From Auanema rhodensis (lineage: Eukaryota; Animalia; Nematoda): DNA of 64,000 nucleotides. The position numbers and the translations under genes are program-made. Position 1 is the stretch's first letter. Each line of letters opens with the position of its first letter. Under the pieces are notes generated by a model, which saw nothing but the letters and a program-made list of their open reading frames with translations, was not told the DNA's origin and did not search any database. Location: assembly GCA_964057225.1 (NCBI GenBank), contig OZ059898.1, positions 8,432,001 through 8,496,000 of the forward strand. Direction: 5' to 3'. Of the stretch, positions 11,178 to 27,448 are shown piece by piece.

Positions 11178-14100
11178 AACTGGAAACATATTTTTACTTA
11201 CTAAGAAACAATAGTATTAAATAATTAATCAAGATCTTCAAATTTGAAAGAACTGGTCTTTAGATGAGCTGCTTAGGCATTTGGGACTGAGTTCTATTTG
11301 AAGAGTGGCACATTTGAGTTGGGGGGTGATGTGGGCTGGTAAATAGCGACAAGAATGAAAACAAAATAGTGCTTGTTAATTTTTCCAAAATACAAAATTA
11401 TTCTTTTTTTTTTCATATTTATTCGTATTATAAAATAAAATAAAAATCAGATTCATATTAACCACGAGGAGGTGGTGGAGTGTAAAGGAAAACAGATAAT
11501 TTCGATTGATTGTAAGTTAAACATAGCATTATCATATGTTCGCAGCGGTTATATGAAGAACCTGACGTAAATCAACATAAATACAAAAATTTGTTCATTT
11601 ATGACTTTTTGTGGGTTGCCTACAAGGTAGATAACAATGTTGATTAGATTATTAACCATGTAAACTGCTGCTTCAAGCTGGTTGTTGGCAAAGCATGTAA
11701 TTATTGAACTTAAGCTGTCCGCGATAACGCAGCTGCAGCTTTGTGGTCTTTCGAAAGGAAGCGAACACGAGACTAAGCTCAACCAGTGGAAATAAATGGC
11801 AGGAAACCAGCTTAGGTTGTTCTTTAGCCAGAAATAGGACAAAATTTATAAATGACAACGAAGTTATGCTGTGTTTCCAAATATATAAGGAAGACACTCT
11901 AGATAGTTATATGAATCGCATATGCTGCAGCTGTCAATACACGTACATATAGCTATATGAAACAGCAGGAGCATCAACAAGAGAGAAGAATAAATAGCAA
12001 CAGCTGAAAGCTGGAAAGGACACTAACTGGAAGCCTTAAATGGACTTATCCCAGCAGGGATTTCACTCCCGCCCCGAGTCATTAGATGCTGAATAGCCGT
12101 CCAAATGTTGTAAATAGGAAAGACAAAAATCGAAGGTGTAAACAAATCGTACAGGTATTGTTACTTTGACTCCATAGTGAAGAACTGTATGGTTTTGTGT
12201 TATTGGTTTAGAAATTGAATGTAAACGCTAATATGTTAGGATAAAACACACAGAGATATGCGAATGTGATGGTCACGACATCTTTCACTACAACATACCG
12301 ATAAATAGCTTATCAGCTATTGACAAAAACTATAGATGATAGAAAAAGAAGGTATACTGAGCAATTTGCCGTTTTATCTAGTGTCATCATTCATCATTCA
12401 TTGTGAGTTCATTCATAGAGGAACAGCATGAGAACAAATATAATAATATTCTATTTTTTTACTATTGTGTAGAAGTGAGTATAATTTTACAAGAAAAAAA
12501 GATAAATGAAAGACGTGATTGAAATCAAATGTGTAAGGAAGCAGCTGGAAGACCATCTGGTCAATTTACTAAATTCCATCTTCTTGTTCCGTTGAGAATT
12601 CAGATTTTTTAGATTCATGATAACATAAAAAAAACTTTATTGAAATTTTTTTTGTGATATTTGAGATAAAGCTAGTAATATTAACAGTTTAAAATATGAT
12701 ACATTAACGTGCGAAAACTGAAAAGAAAGAAAGACGAGAAGATGGTACGTAAAGCGCAACAGCTTAAATCAGCAGAAATGAATCATCGCGAAATGCGGTT
12801 TGTGCAAAGGCTGCCATGAAAAGAACCCTATATGACGAGAGGTGCTATGCGTCTTTCCAAATAGACACAAATCAACGAAACAAAAAAAAACCACGTGGAA
12901 AAATCAAGCAAAAAGATCACAGCTTTTTCTTAGAGTTAATCTTTGGTGAAGAGTTGATTGCAAGATATGCTATGATGATACAAGTGATGGTGGCGGAGGG
13001 TCGATCGGCATCTGAGATGTTTGGACGGTGTGGGAAAATTCTGTCATCTGAATGGAGCGAGAGTCTCAGATCTACATGTTGACTTTGCCGACAACAGAAG
13101 ATAAAAAAGATGAAGAAGAAATAAAAAGAAAAAAGGAAGGAAAATCGACCATCAGTACTCAAGCATTAGTTGCTAGAAGACATTTCGACGTCTTTTTGGC
13201 TGGTAGGAGTGAGAAACGTTTGCTGCAGTCGGTCTGAGACTGTATAGGATGAACAAGGCAGTCTATTGGAGACATAGAACGAAAAAACGAGAACTGTCAA
13301 TAGCAAGAGGTTGCCATTCAAAAAAAGGTGCGTAGAAGGACATTGTCACCAATACCGGGAGGATGTTGAATGCTATTCATCCATACTGCATAAACATCAA
13401 ATAGGATATAGGGAAGCAATGAGACACAAGACAGAGAGGGTCTATATAGCTAGGCAACCTTTCTCACTGAGCCAGCTAATTGTAAAACCTCTCCTTCTCT
13501 TGCTTCTGCTTACCTTCAAGCTTGCTGTAGCTGCTGGGCGTGAAATAGCAAAACTGACCGAAATGTGACACCGTTGACATAAGCATTATACAAACATGGG
13601 CGCAGCATTTTACGAATAAGGAATAGCAGTGACTTGAGTGATTGGTTCAGATGACTACATTTAATAAAATCAATTTTTAATGTTATTCGGTATTGTATAA
13701 ACATCTAAGAATTTAGGGCGTGATAAAACAACGAATAACAGAAGCAGGAACAAAATGAAAAGAGCAGATGAGGCAAAAAAGAGAAGGGAGAGGCCCGCCC
13801 TTTATCCATCAAACAATCTCTCAGCGCTGCACATAATAATAAAATGATTTCTTTGTCAGCAAACAATTGAATATGCTTGAAAATTTATAATAAGCATGAC
13901 TTACCCCAGAAGGTTAGCAACTTTTTTAGTGGTCGGGGAAACAATTTGACGTAGCTATTTAGACGACATGTCCAGTCTTTCGTGAAACAGCTATACGTTC
14001 AACTTGCGGCAAATCGTTCAGGTTAGCTAGCAGTTGCAGACCACGTTGACGAGACAACTGTTAGATTAGGCAAAGATCCAAGAAGCTTTAGGCCATTCAT

Positions 14101-15061
14101 TACTCTTCAACACCATTGCTCTGTTGTATTAGGTCACCATTGGCACAAGATAGTAATTAGTATAAAAGTGCAGCATAAGCATAAGAAACGCTGATGTCAA
14201 CATGAACTATAACAATATGTTTTTTATTGAGTATATTCTCAAATGCTTGATCATTTATATTCGGCCGTTATAGCAGACACTAGTGTTAGAAACAAAAAAA
14301 TTCATAAAGAATGATGATTTTTCTATTACATAGTTCTTTGATCCTTGAGTTTGAAAAAAAATATTTCCATTCATGCAAAAATATCCCGTAAGCACTTGTT
14401 TTAGAATGTGCTGTGATCTATTACCACGAAATAAATCAGCAAGAAATTAATGAATAGCCTTGGTTAAACCTTTATGTTTAGTGCTTTAATTTATATATTT
14501 CCCTGTTAATTCCAGTCTTATTCATCATATAGGTCTATACAAATTATAAATTGCTAAATAAACATATATAATAATTTGAATATAGTTGACACTACGCTTA
14601 GTGATTCGCATTGCGCGCTCTGTTGCGATTTATATGTTACACCAGGTGTGGTGTTTCACAGTTTTATTCTCGTAATGAGGTCCAAGTACAAGCTGATTAA
14701 CAACAAATACATGAAAAGGGTAAATTTCCATAAGTATTTTTTGTAACACAAATTTTTTAATTTGTAAGCTTAAGTAGCTCCATATTGCGTACGGAACTAA
14801 ATTTTTTTCAAGAAAAATTGGCATTGGAGATTCACTCTAGCTTTGGCAAGAAATTTTTCATTTCAATCAATTGTTTTCTCATTTAAATAATGATATTCAA
14901 ATTCAACGTGTATACGTTATAAATATGAATTACTTTTCGTAAAATGGACCATAAAATTAGTATAATACTCAAACTAATGTGTGCCATCTGGATGCCCAGA
15001 ATAGCATGTTTATCTTTAATGCTTAGTCCTTGTTAAGTCATCATTGAATCTTCTTCTTACC

Positions 15062-15075
15062 ATTACCATGGCAAC
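15062..15075. promoter_or_regulatory. X-box (RFX/DAF-19 site) upstream of daf-25/ANKMY2
   Basis: ATTACC-AT-GGCAAC (reverse complement GTTGCC-AT-GGTAAT), one mismatch to the 14-bp consensus, 159 bp upstream of the ATG of a ciliary gene. Confidence 0.7.
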
Positions 15076-15233
15076 TAAAATGCTCTCTGATATTGTATGT
15101 ATTAATAATCCACAGCTTTGCGTGTTACATCCGTTGTGTTGCTATCATTGGTTTCAGTTCCAATCAAATATTTGATATAATTCCCAAGAATAACTAGCTT
15201 TTTAAATTTATTTTATATATTTTTCTTTTCAGA

Positions 15234-16873
15234 ATGGCAGATAAAATTTCTAGTAACAATGATATTTTTACCGCCATTGAACAAGGTTTTTTTTTGTTTA
15301 TGTGTTTTTACTTTTATATTGTACAGGTAAAACTGATGAAGCACTTCGTTTGATACATGAATGTAAAGATTTGAAGTACTGTGATAACTCCGGAATGTCT
15401 TTGCTTTCCCAAGCTGCTTTCAAGTATTATTTTGATTTTTAATTCATAATGAATATTAAATTTAGGGGTAATACAGATGTTGTTAAAGCTCTTATTAAAC
15501 GAGGATGTGATGTAAATGATAAAAATCATGATCAAGGGTACACAGCTCTGATGTTCGCTGCACTATCAGGTTGGTATAATATTTATTGGATATTTTAATA
15601 TATTATTTGTCTGTTCATACACTCCTTACAAATACAGTTATGTTTTTTTTCTATATAGGACATGTTGAGTTATGTAAGCTTTTGATGGATAGTGGAGCAA
15701 AATCCTATGCCACTAATAAGATAGGGAAAACCGCTTCGGAACTAGCTGCTTTTGTTGGTACGTTTTTCTTTGATTATGTTCTAATCGTAGGATAAATTAC
15801 TCTAGGGCAACATGAATGTGTTTCTATTATAAACAATCATATCAGCATAGATGAAGTGGAAAAATTCTTACATCCTGATGGTGAAAATAGCGAGGAACGT
15901 TTTCCATGCGAACTTAGTGATTTCATTCATGAAATTTGTAAGTCTCATAGGGTAAGTACTCTAGTTCACTTAAGTTGTTGTATATTTATAAGCTAGGTAC
16001 ATCCGATTGCTATCATATTCCGATTGGGAGAGTACAAAGATGCCATGAAGTATAAAAAAAAGGTTAACCCCTTTAGACAAAATATTATATTCATATCTTA
16101 TTGCAGATTTTGTATGTTGTGGATAGAGTTTTCGAACGACAATTGAGATGCAAACAGAGCAATGAGGTAGGCACAGTGGGAGATTAATCATCTTATTGAA
16201 TTCTATATAGGTTATGTCTTTGAAATTGTGGATCATTCTATTCGTTTTGCGGGAGGTGATCAAGTTTATCGAAGAAAAAGCAGACAATGAACCATCTGAT
16301 TCTGCTTTATTATATGGCAAATGGTTGTTGTATATAGAGCCAGAACAACAAGTCAGGTATCTTCAAGTGAAGTACTATTGATAATTAAGTTTTCTAATAA
16401 TTGTAGACCTAACTTGGAAACTTTATTACGAAATGCGGTGCGATCCTTCCCTTACCATCAATCCCTTTTATTTGAAACCCTAGTTAAAGTGAGTAAATAT
16501 GATATTTTCTGTAATGATTTTTTTTTGAGGCTATGGCAAAAGTCAAATATATGGAAAGACCATCAGCTTATGAATTCATTGTCCAAGGACTCTTCGGTCA
16601 ACGAATTCTAGCGTGTAGTAAGTTTTGTGCTACATGCGGAACACCAAACGCTGGAAAACGTTGTCCGAAGTGCAAGGTGAGTTTGTCTATCTAAACGCCT
16701 TTCTTTCATACTCATTTCAGTTCCCTTATTGCTCTCAAAATTGCCAAAAGTTTGATTGGCCAATACATAAGAAATGCTGTGAATCTATAAAGAATTGGAA
16801 TATTGTTGAAGATGAAGCCCCCAATATGTCAATGGAAGAGTTACAAAACCAAATCCAACAGATCGACGCTTAA
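15234..16873 (+). CDS. daf-25: Ankyrin repeat and MYND domain protein 2 (ANKMY2); ciliary trafficking factor
   Basis: TTTTCAG-A-ATG start. Ankyrin repeats (GMSLLSQAAFKGNTDVVKALIKRGCDVN, GYTALMFAALSGHVELCKLLMDSGA, GKTASELAAFVGQHECV) and a C-terminal MYND finger CATCGTPNAGKRCPKCK|FPYCSQNCQKFDWPIHKKCC. Confidence 0.95.
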
Positions 16874-16999
16874 AAATACTTGCCTGCCAATTATCACTCA
16901 TTCCTTGTGATCTTAATGAATTCTATGTCAGTTTTTGTAATATTAAAATATTTTTAATAGTCCCTTTTTCTATATATTATCTAGTTTTTCTTCCAATAA

Positions 17000-19760
<2,761 letters not shown>

Positions 19761-19928
19761 TTTTTATACCACTTCTTGTTATTTGTTATCTGTTGTTATT
19801 ATTTTTGTTTTGATGAATTATTAAAATTTTCTCTGTTTATATTTTACTATGTCTTGCTTAATCGTTTGATCAACGATTTCATACTTCAAACGAATATTTG
19901 TTTTCATTGCTTAAGCGAATTCTTTCAG

Positions 19929-20923
19929 ATGTCAACGCCGATTAATAAACTTCAAGCAAAGAGAGGTGGACAAAAGGTAACTTTTCGCCCTTAATTTCTT
20001 TCTATCATTCGATCCAGACTGAATTCCCCGATGATATAGCTGATTGGGAGAATCATATTGTGCTCAGAGTTCCTGAAGAAGTTGCTGGAAAAGTATGTAT
20101 CTTACTGCAATTATTCTTATTTATTCTCATGCATAATATACAGATCAATCATATGATAGACGAACCTTCAAGTGCAAGCAAGGATGATTTGGCTGTTCAA
20201 TTTACTTCCAATGATATGAGACATGCAACTGTTAGAGTTGGACAACATCTTCTCAGCGGAAAACTTTTTGATTTGCCTTGTATTAATGAGGTTTTAGTTT
20301 TAAAAAGGCCATATTAAACATAACATTCAGGTTATGAAAACGATTGATCGTAGAAATTTTTATAAAGTGACGGATTTATCACAGGTCATGGTTTGTAGTC
20401 GTGAACTAAGTAACCCCGAAAGTAGTGCAGCCGATAATCCCGAAACTTCAGCACATACAAAAAAGGTTGTTTTTACGAACCCATTAAACATAAAAACGAC
20501 AACTAGTGATTTATAGGAAGTCAAACAATGGCAACATCCCCATGGATTGACCCCACCAATGAAGAGCGTACGACGCCGACGCTTCAGAAAAACGAAAAAG
20601 AAAAAATATATGGATGCCCCTGAAGTCTTCGAATCCAATCCATAGTAATCGTAAACCTTTTTCTTCCAGGTTGAAAAAGAGTTAAAACGACTGCTTCGTG
20701 CAGATTTAGATGCTGAAGATGTTTGGTGGGAAATTGTTCCAACAGAAGATAAAAAGAAAGAAAAAGTATTATATTTGTGAATAAAAAGCGAAACTTTTAT
20801 TTCTAGCAATCCTCTATTGATGGCACTGCTGCTGTTGATGACCAAGCGTTGTTTGGAGATAAGGTGACTAGTAGTGAAGATGAGGATGGGGAACAGGAAC
20901 AGTTAGATGAAAAAGATATTTGA
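19929..20923 (+). CDS. taf-7: TFIID subunit TAF7 (TAFII55)
   Basis: TTTCAG|ATG start; [25 protein letters not shown]|[59 protein letters not shown], acidic tail. Paralog number (7.1 vs 7.2) not assigned. Confidence 0.93.
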
Positions 20924-21686
20924 TAAAACTCTTTTCTTTTTATGCGGGTTCATTATATTAGTTTTCTTACTCGTGATCTTTTCTATATATATCAAAGTTG
21001 TATTTATGAAATGTATAAAATTAGCCATGTAAAAACGTTGTCATGCTTTCAGTCTTGATATTAGCATGATTATCTAAATTTATTATATGCTTACGTCTCG
21101 TTGAATCGAGTTGTGATACCTTTTTTCTATTTTTCAGTTCTCCGTATATCTTTTTTTCGACGTTTTATATCTTCAATATTCGATGACCATCACTTTCCTT
21201 GATTGTTCGCATATATCTCACCGCCTCTTTTCTTCATATCTAGCACTTAGTCTGGTCTTGTTCTCTTCTTTTTATTCTTATACGTCATGTCTTCATATCC
21301 TGCATGCTTTGTTTCATATCGGGTTTTATTGTTCTAATCGATCTTTCCACTTTCAAAAAAGGATTCGCATTCCAAGTTTTCTTGGCTCTGAGATGAAAAT
21401 CAAACTAGCTAATTCTTCATGCTATTCCATTTAGTCTTCATTTGTTCTAAAATATTCTCAGCGGTTATTCGGTAGTTATCGTGTCCTATGATATCTCTAA
21501 ACCTGCTCTTTCCCTAGATATGCTAATGTTGTTTAAGTGTTATTTTCACGTATGCAAATGATTCATGCATATAAATTGCAAATGTGCAGCTGCTATATTC
21601 TGTTGGTTCGAGAAATGGATGTTAATCTATTTTATATTATTATTTCAAATGATTTTGGCACTTTTAATCGACGTTATTCTACGCTG

Positions 21687-21718
<32 letters not shown>

Positions 21719-23929
21719 TTATTTATTTATTTCGATATCGATATTTAAATTTCTACTTATGCATATCCATATATAGAATATCCATATATCATGACATGTT
21801 GACCATCGCGTATTAAATTTTATTGATACATAATTTCCTCCTTTTTACTCCCTTCTTTTTTTTGCTACCATAGCTTTAGCTTTATCATACGAAAACTAAA
21901 TTTAATTTTTTTTCTTCCAACATTTTTTGAGAAAAATATTTAATTTCCTTCAAATTTATTGTAGTGTTCTCTTCTTATTTAAAAAAGAACAGTTTTTTGG
22001 TTTTCAATTCTGAAGGCCTTTCTCATGAAGTTAATATATGCGACACAGGAAGGCCGAGGATATTGAAATAATTAGTTCGATAGTCCTCCTTTATGCTACA
22101 TTTCAGCCTGCGACGTTACCTCCACTTAGCTATTGAGATGTCCTTGTACATCAAGAAATCTTGGTGGACAGTTATTGATCTCAATTGCATATGTTTACTT
22201 TTGTAACTGTGAACGTGAGGGCTACCTTTTTTGAGCTATAACTCTAGTTATTGTTATATTATCGTGTTAACAATTTATTATATCATAATACTTCATATCA
22301 TTTACTTATTAGCTTACTGCTTTTTAGCAGTCCATATACTCTTACATTTGTATCTGTCATTCTTTTTTTTTATTTTTTTGATCAAAGTTATCTCTAACGT
22401 ATTGAATATGCTGGTGTTTGATCGCTTGTTTCATCCTTAAGTCATGAAATGATCAGAAATACAGCTCCGACTTTTTTTTCTATTCTCTTATCGTCTGGGA
22501 TGACTAGTGCACCTCAGAATTTGACTCTGGCACACATTCACTTGTTCTTTTCAAAATTGTTTTCATGAATTTTGATATGATTACTGGTCGTTCATTCGAG
22601 AACCGTAAGTAGATATAAATGTATGCTTGTCAAGATAACCTATCAGATCTCTCGCTCGATTGTTATTGTCTCATTAACTATGAAGTAATAGTTATTTTCT
22701 TCAGAGAACACGTCGGTCCAGTGTTCGCTCCAATTTTCTTACTTAATCTATCAAGTCAAATCGTCCTCAACTCACATTTGTAGATATGTTGTTCTGAAGC
22801 CTGTTTGGAATAGAATGGGGCTTCAGATTCACACTAATTGGCGGATTCCGAGGGCAGATTTTGTTTCGTTGAAATTAGATGGGGCAGCAGCCTCTTTTAT
22901 TATTTTATTCCGCTTCTATTTCTTAATTTTAGTAATAAACTTCATTTTGTATGTTGACGTTAGGGATATTTACTCGGGCATCACATATCAGTTTAAAATA
23001 TTACCGAATCAAATATTTTGATTAGGTTATTTATGATAGGAGTGGTTTTCTGTGATGCAATCTGTTGTCTGATTTTTTCATTGTGTTACTCCATTTGTTT
23101 TATACTCACTACTGTTTTTGTTATCAGGTTATTGATGCTACATAGCATAATGCTATTTTATTTTTGTTCCTTGAGGTTATCATTTGAAAACGTATATAAC
23201 GTCGTTTTGTATTGTTTTCTTGCTTCAGATGCTCAATCAGCACTCATTTAGGACCGCAATTCTCACGGCCTCCGAACGTTTCTCATGATGTTTGCTTATA
23301 GAAGAGGGGAGATTCTTCTTTATTTTGGGCAGATGCATCAAATTCAGATTGCTTCAATCTTATTCTCTCAGTAAGCCGCGTCTTTGGTCTCATCTAGGCA
23401 TAATACTCCAGTACACATTCTTAGTATATGAACAACTTATCGACTTCTTAGCTAATTGATATGCTAAATGTGCTTTCAGTGTAGTCACAAAGGGTATTTA
23501 CAGCCTGTTCAATTTATTTTAGTTTTACTTGAAGCTTTCACTCTCTTTTCACTCATGTTTTAAGTGTGCATTGCAACTAGATCAACAATTTCAAAAGAAA
23601 AAGAAAAAATTTTCTACATTCTTTGTAGTTTTAACCTTTTCTTTTTTTTAAAGCTGGATTTATCATAGTCATATCTCTAATCCTTTCTTTATTGTTGCTA
23701 TATAGCGCTCAGCTGGGCGAGAATGGATTTTTATGAGATTTTTGTTGTCTATACCCATTACTCATGATTCTCTGATGCTAACGCTAATTTCATCCTCTTT
23801 TCTTCTCGTCGTTTTTCTGTTTCCGCTTAAGCACTGTTTTTCTTTAGTAGTATTAACAGAAGACTTCTTGTAGTATGTGGTTGTAACGAAATTTGACAAT
23901 TAGCTGAATATTTTGGAAAATATTGAAAA

Positions 23930-25464
23930 ATGCGTAAAATAAAGCCGTATATCGTGTTCGCCATATTTGGCCTAGTATTATTGGTTTATTTATGGTCATC
24001 GAGGTTTGATAATTTCTTGTTTTTCAATATTTAAATATACTTTTCAGTGGGGAAGAAGTCTATCCAATGCCTCAACGGGCCAATAGACACGAACGAAAAT
24101 TGGTGACATCCAACGATAAAAATTATACTTACGATAGAGAATCTCCTTTTATATTTATTGGTAGGCTTAAGAAGCTTCACTTACAAATTTGCATATGTTT
24201 CAAGGCGGTGTCCCACGTTCCGGAACAACGTTAATGAGAGCTATGCTGGATGCACATCCTGATGTAAGATGTGGTGAGGAAACGCGAGTAATTCCTCGTA
24301 TTCTCGGTTTGCGAGCACAATGGAAGAAAAGCGAAAAGGTTAGGACAACACATTTATTTTCATTACCAAATTGTTTAAGGAGTGGAATCGCCTTAATCTA
24401 GCAGGTGTCACAAACGAAGTTCTTTCAAATGCAATTAGTTCTTTTATTATTGACGTATGTTAGATATTACTATCTCGATAATCGAATTTGGTTGTAGATT
24501 ATGGCTGGACATGGAACACCAGCACCTAGGTTGTGTAACAAAGATCCTTTCACAATGAAAAGTGCTACATATCTATCGGAAATCTTTCCGAATGCCAAAT
24601 TCATACTTATGATTCGTGATGGCCGTGCTACAGTACATAGTATCATATCTCGCAAGGTTTAGTTTTGTTTATATATTATAGTAACTTGTGATTGATTAGA
24701 AATACAGCTATCAAAGCTAAAACCATAGGAGATTTTTTAGGTCACAATTACTGGCTTTGATCTCTCAGATTATGGGCAGTGTATGAGGAAGTGGAACGAT
24801 GCTATATCTATGATGTATGATCAATGTAATCAAATTGCTGATAGGTGTTTTAAGGTATTAAGAAAACTTTGTTACGTATTGCTTAGAGTTCAGAGTTTGT
24901 TCAGATGTATTATGAACAGTTAGTACTTCATCCCGAACAGGAACTCAGAAAACTACTCGAGTTTTTGGGTATTCCGTGGAATGATACTGTACTGCATCAT
25001 GAAGAACTTATCGGAAAAGATATTTCTCTCTCCAAAGTTGAAAGAAGTTCCGATCAGGTTTGAAATCTCTTTTCAATTTCTTCATCTTGAATTATATACA
25101 TTAGGTTGTTAAACCAGTCAATATGGATGCACTTAGTAAATGGGTGGGGCATTTACCGAGTGATGTTGTGAGTGCTATGGATACGGTGAGTGATTTACTG
25201 ATTTCATTTCAAATTTCAAAAAAAAAATGATTATAGGTTGCTCCAATGCTCCGTAGGCTAGGCTATGATCCTTATGCAAATCCACCCAATTATGGTTGGC
25301 TTCTATGATAAATTATGATACTATTTATCTATTTGTTTTCAGGAAAGCCCGATGAAATTGTGGCACAAAAAACCGACGATGTTCACAAAAATGGTCAAAT
25401 GTGGTATCAGCGGGGTGTCGAAGTTGTGAATGATCCAGCTCGAGTGGATAAACCATTTTTATAA
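23930..25464 (+). CDS. tpst-1: Tyrosylprotein sulfotransferase
   Basis: Type II anchor [22 protein letters not shown]; PAPS-binding motif [38 protein letters not shown]; LCNKDPFT; [16 protein letters not shown]; [10 protein letters not shown]; [16 protein letters not shown]; [15 protein letters not shown]. Confidence 0.96.
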
Positions 25465-25819
25465 AGTTGGATGTTCTGATATGACGGATCAGAATGTTTG
25501 AAAATAGCTGTTGTTGCCATTATCTGACTTTAATTAATTCTTGTCGACGTTTATTAATCCCCCTTTAAGCTCCAAGATGGGTGAAACTTTTTGAAACGAA
25601 TCAATCTTAAAAATTAAAGCTGCATAAAGCGAGATATTTGCGGGTGTACAAATTTTTATGTAAAGATACTATCGCCACCTTGTTTTCTGACCTAGTTGGC
25701 TGGGTTTTCTGCATCATATCACATATTGATGCTCTAGCATAATGCCCAGTTTTGGTTTTATTTTGGTGATTCTTCTGTGATGCTATTATTGAATTAATAA
25801 ATGTATATTTATATATTTC

Positions 25820-27381
25820 TTAATTGAGTCTTTTAATTGAATTCTCGTCTGCAACCGATTTAAAGAAGTTAATGCAGTTATCCAAGCTATAGTTGTTTCG
25901 AAGCATCTCATGTAGAGGTCCAATATGATTTTTAACATTTCGTCCATTTAATCGAGCTCGGTCAAGAAGTAAATTCTCATATATCGAAAATACATTGCTT
26001 GTCTGAAAGATTACAAGATAAATGATAGATAATCCAGCTATATCTAACCTCAATCGGATTTTTGTCAGCTTCTGCATAGATGGCATCATGATTTTTAAGA
26101 ATTGCTTTGTTTTCATCATTCAGAAAAGATATATCGGAACAATTAACTTCTAACTCCTAGAATATAATTAACATAATCAAAGATATGAATAACTAAGAAA
26201 AGCAAGTTTGAATTTAAAATTGAAAAAAAGGATATGTTAGAGATGATGCACAAGCACCAATGAAATAGACAAGATTGAACAAAAAGCAGCAAGAATATGT
26301 AATTGGAAACTTTCATTCTGAGATGAGCTAAAAACAAATTTAGAAACATTAGCTAGTATGCCACGTCAAAGGCAGCAAATACAGATTACTTTCAGCAAGT
26401 TAAATAGAGATCTTTTTAAAGAAACATTGACGTCATGCAGACGAAAAGAAATGCTGACTTTTGTACGGAAATGTGGTCAATCTCATTAAATCTAATGTAT
26501 TATACATTGTAAAAAATTTATCATAGAAAGTTTAGTTTGCAACCATAAAGTTAGAAAGTTTGTTGTTAGAATATAAATTATGCAAATTCCGTAAATATTA
26601 AAATAATATAAATCCAGAAAATACAACTTACTCGTAATGCTGTAGTAAGCATTTTACTTCTTTCAGTTTCCAATAATTTTGTTACTTGAGGATGAAGTAA
26701 ACGCAAACAATGGCTGATTGATTCTTCATTCAAATCTGCAAAAAAATTATAGTTAAATAGTATTTTTGTATTAGTATCAATGAAAAAAATAATAATTACG
26801 TAGATTATTCAATCAATAATTATATCATATAATTTTGAAAAAAACTAACCACATTGAATTTGAACACGTATCTGACTTTTCGTTGTTTCTGCACTGATTC
26901 GATCACGTATAATGGCAATCGTAGACATACTGTCTGAATGGAATACAACAGAGCCTCGTCTGAAAACATTCAACATAAATTTGTTGTGATTGCTGGATAA
27001 ATATATTGATACATACGAATATACTGCTTGTAATTGAGTACCACCATTAATACAGTTTTGCAGATTCAAGGTTACACTGTCAGTTGGTGGAGCTTTCAAT
27101 GGTATCTCGGGTATAAGCATAACTAGCCAAGCATGTGCTTCTGCCATTGTAAAGTTACCTGAAAGCTGATATTGCAACTTCTAAAAATTGTTTCCTTAAA
27201 AAACAAAAATTTATATTTATCTGCAGAAAATCTCTTTGTTGTTGAAAGTACATTTTACGTGAAAATCTGTATTACACGTGTTGTTAAATGCTACGTCTTT
27301 TCTCATCATTTTTCAAATCATATGAAGCTTAAAACGGTTGTAATAGTATTATTTCATTTTATATATAGTATATAGTATATA

Positions 27382-27448
<67 letters not shown>

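Noticed and set aside
10140-11900. SLMAP identity for the coiled-coil tail-anchored protein
   Set aside because: No FHA-domain exons could be found upstream, so it is left unnamed.
12816-13704. Cluster of 60-90 aa ORFs on both strands
   Set aside because: No homology or consistent exon phases; more likely regulatory or leader sequence.
20360-20845. 161-aa minus-strand ORF
   Set aside because: Antisense shadow of TAF7 exons.
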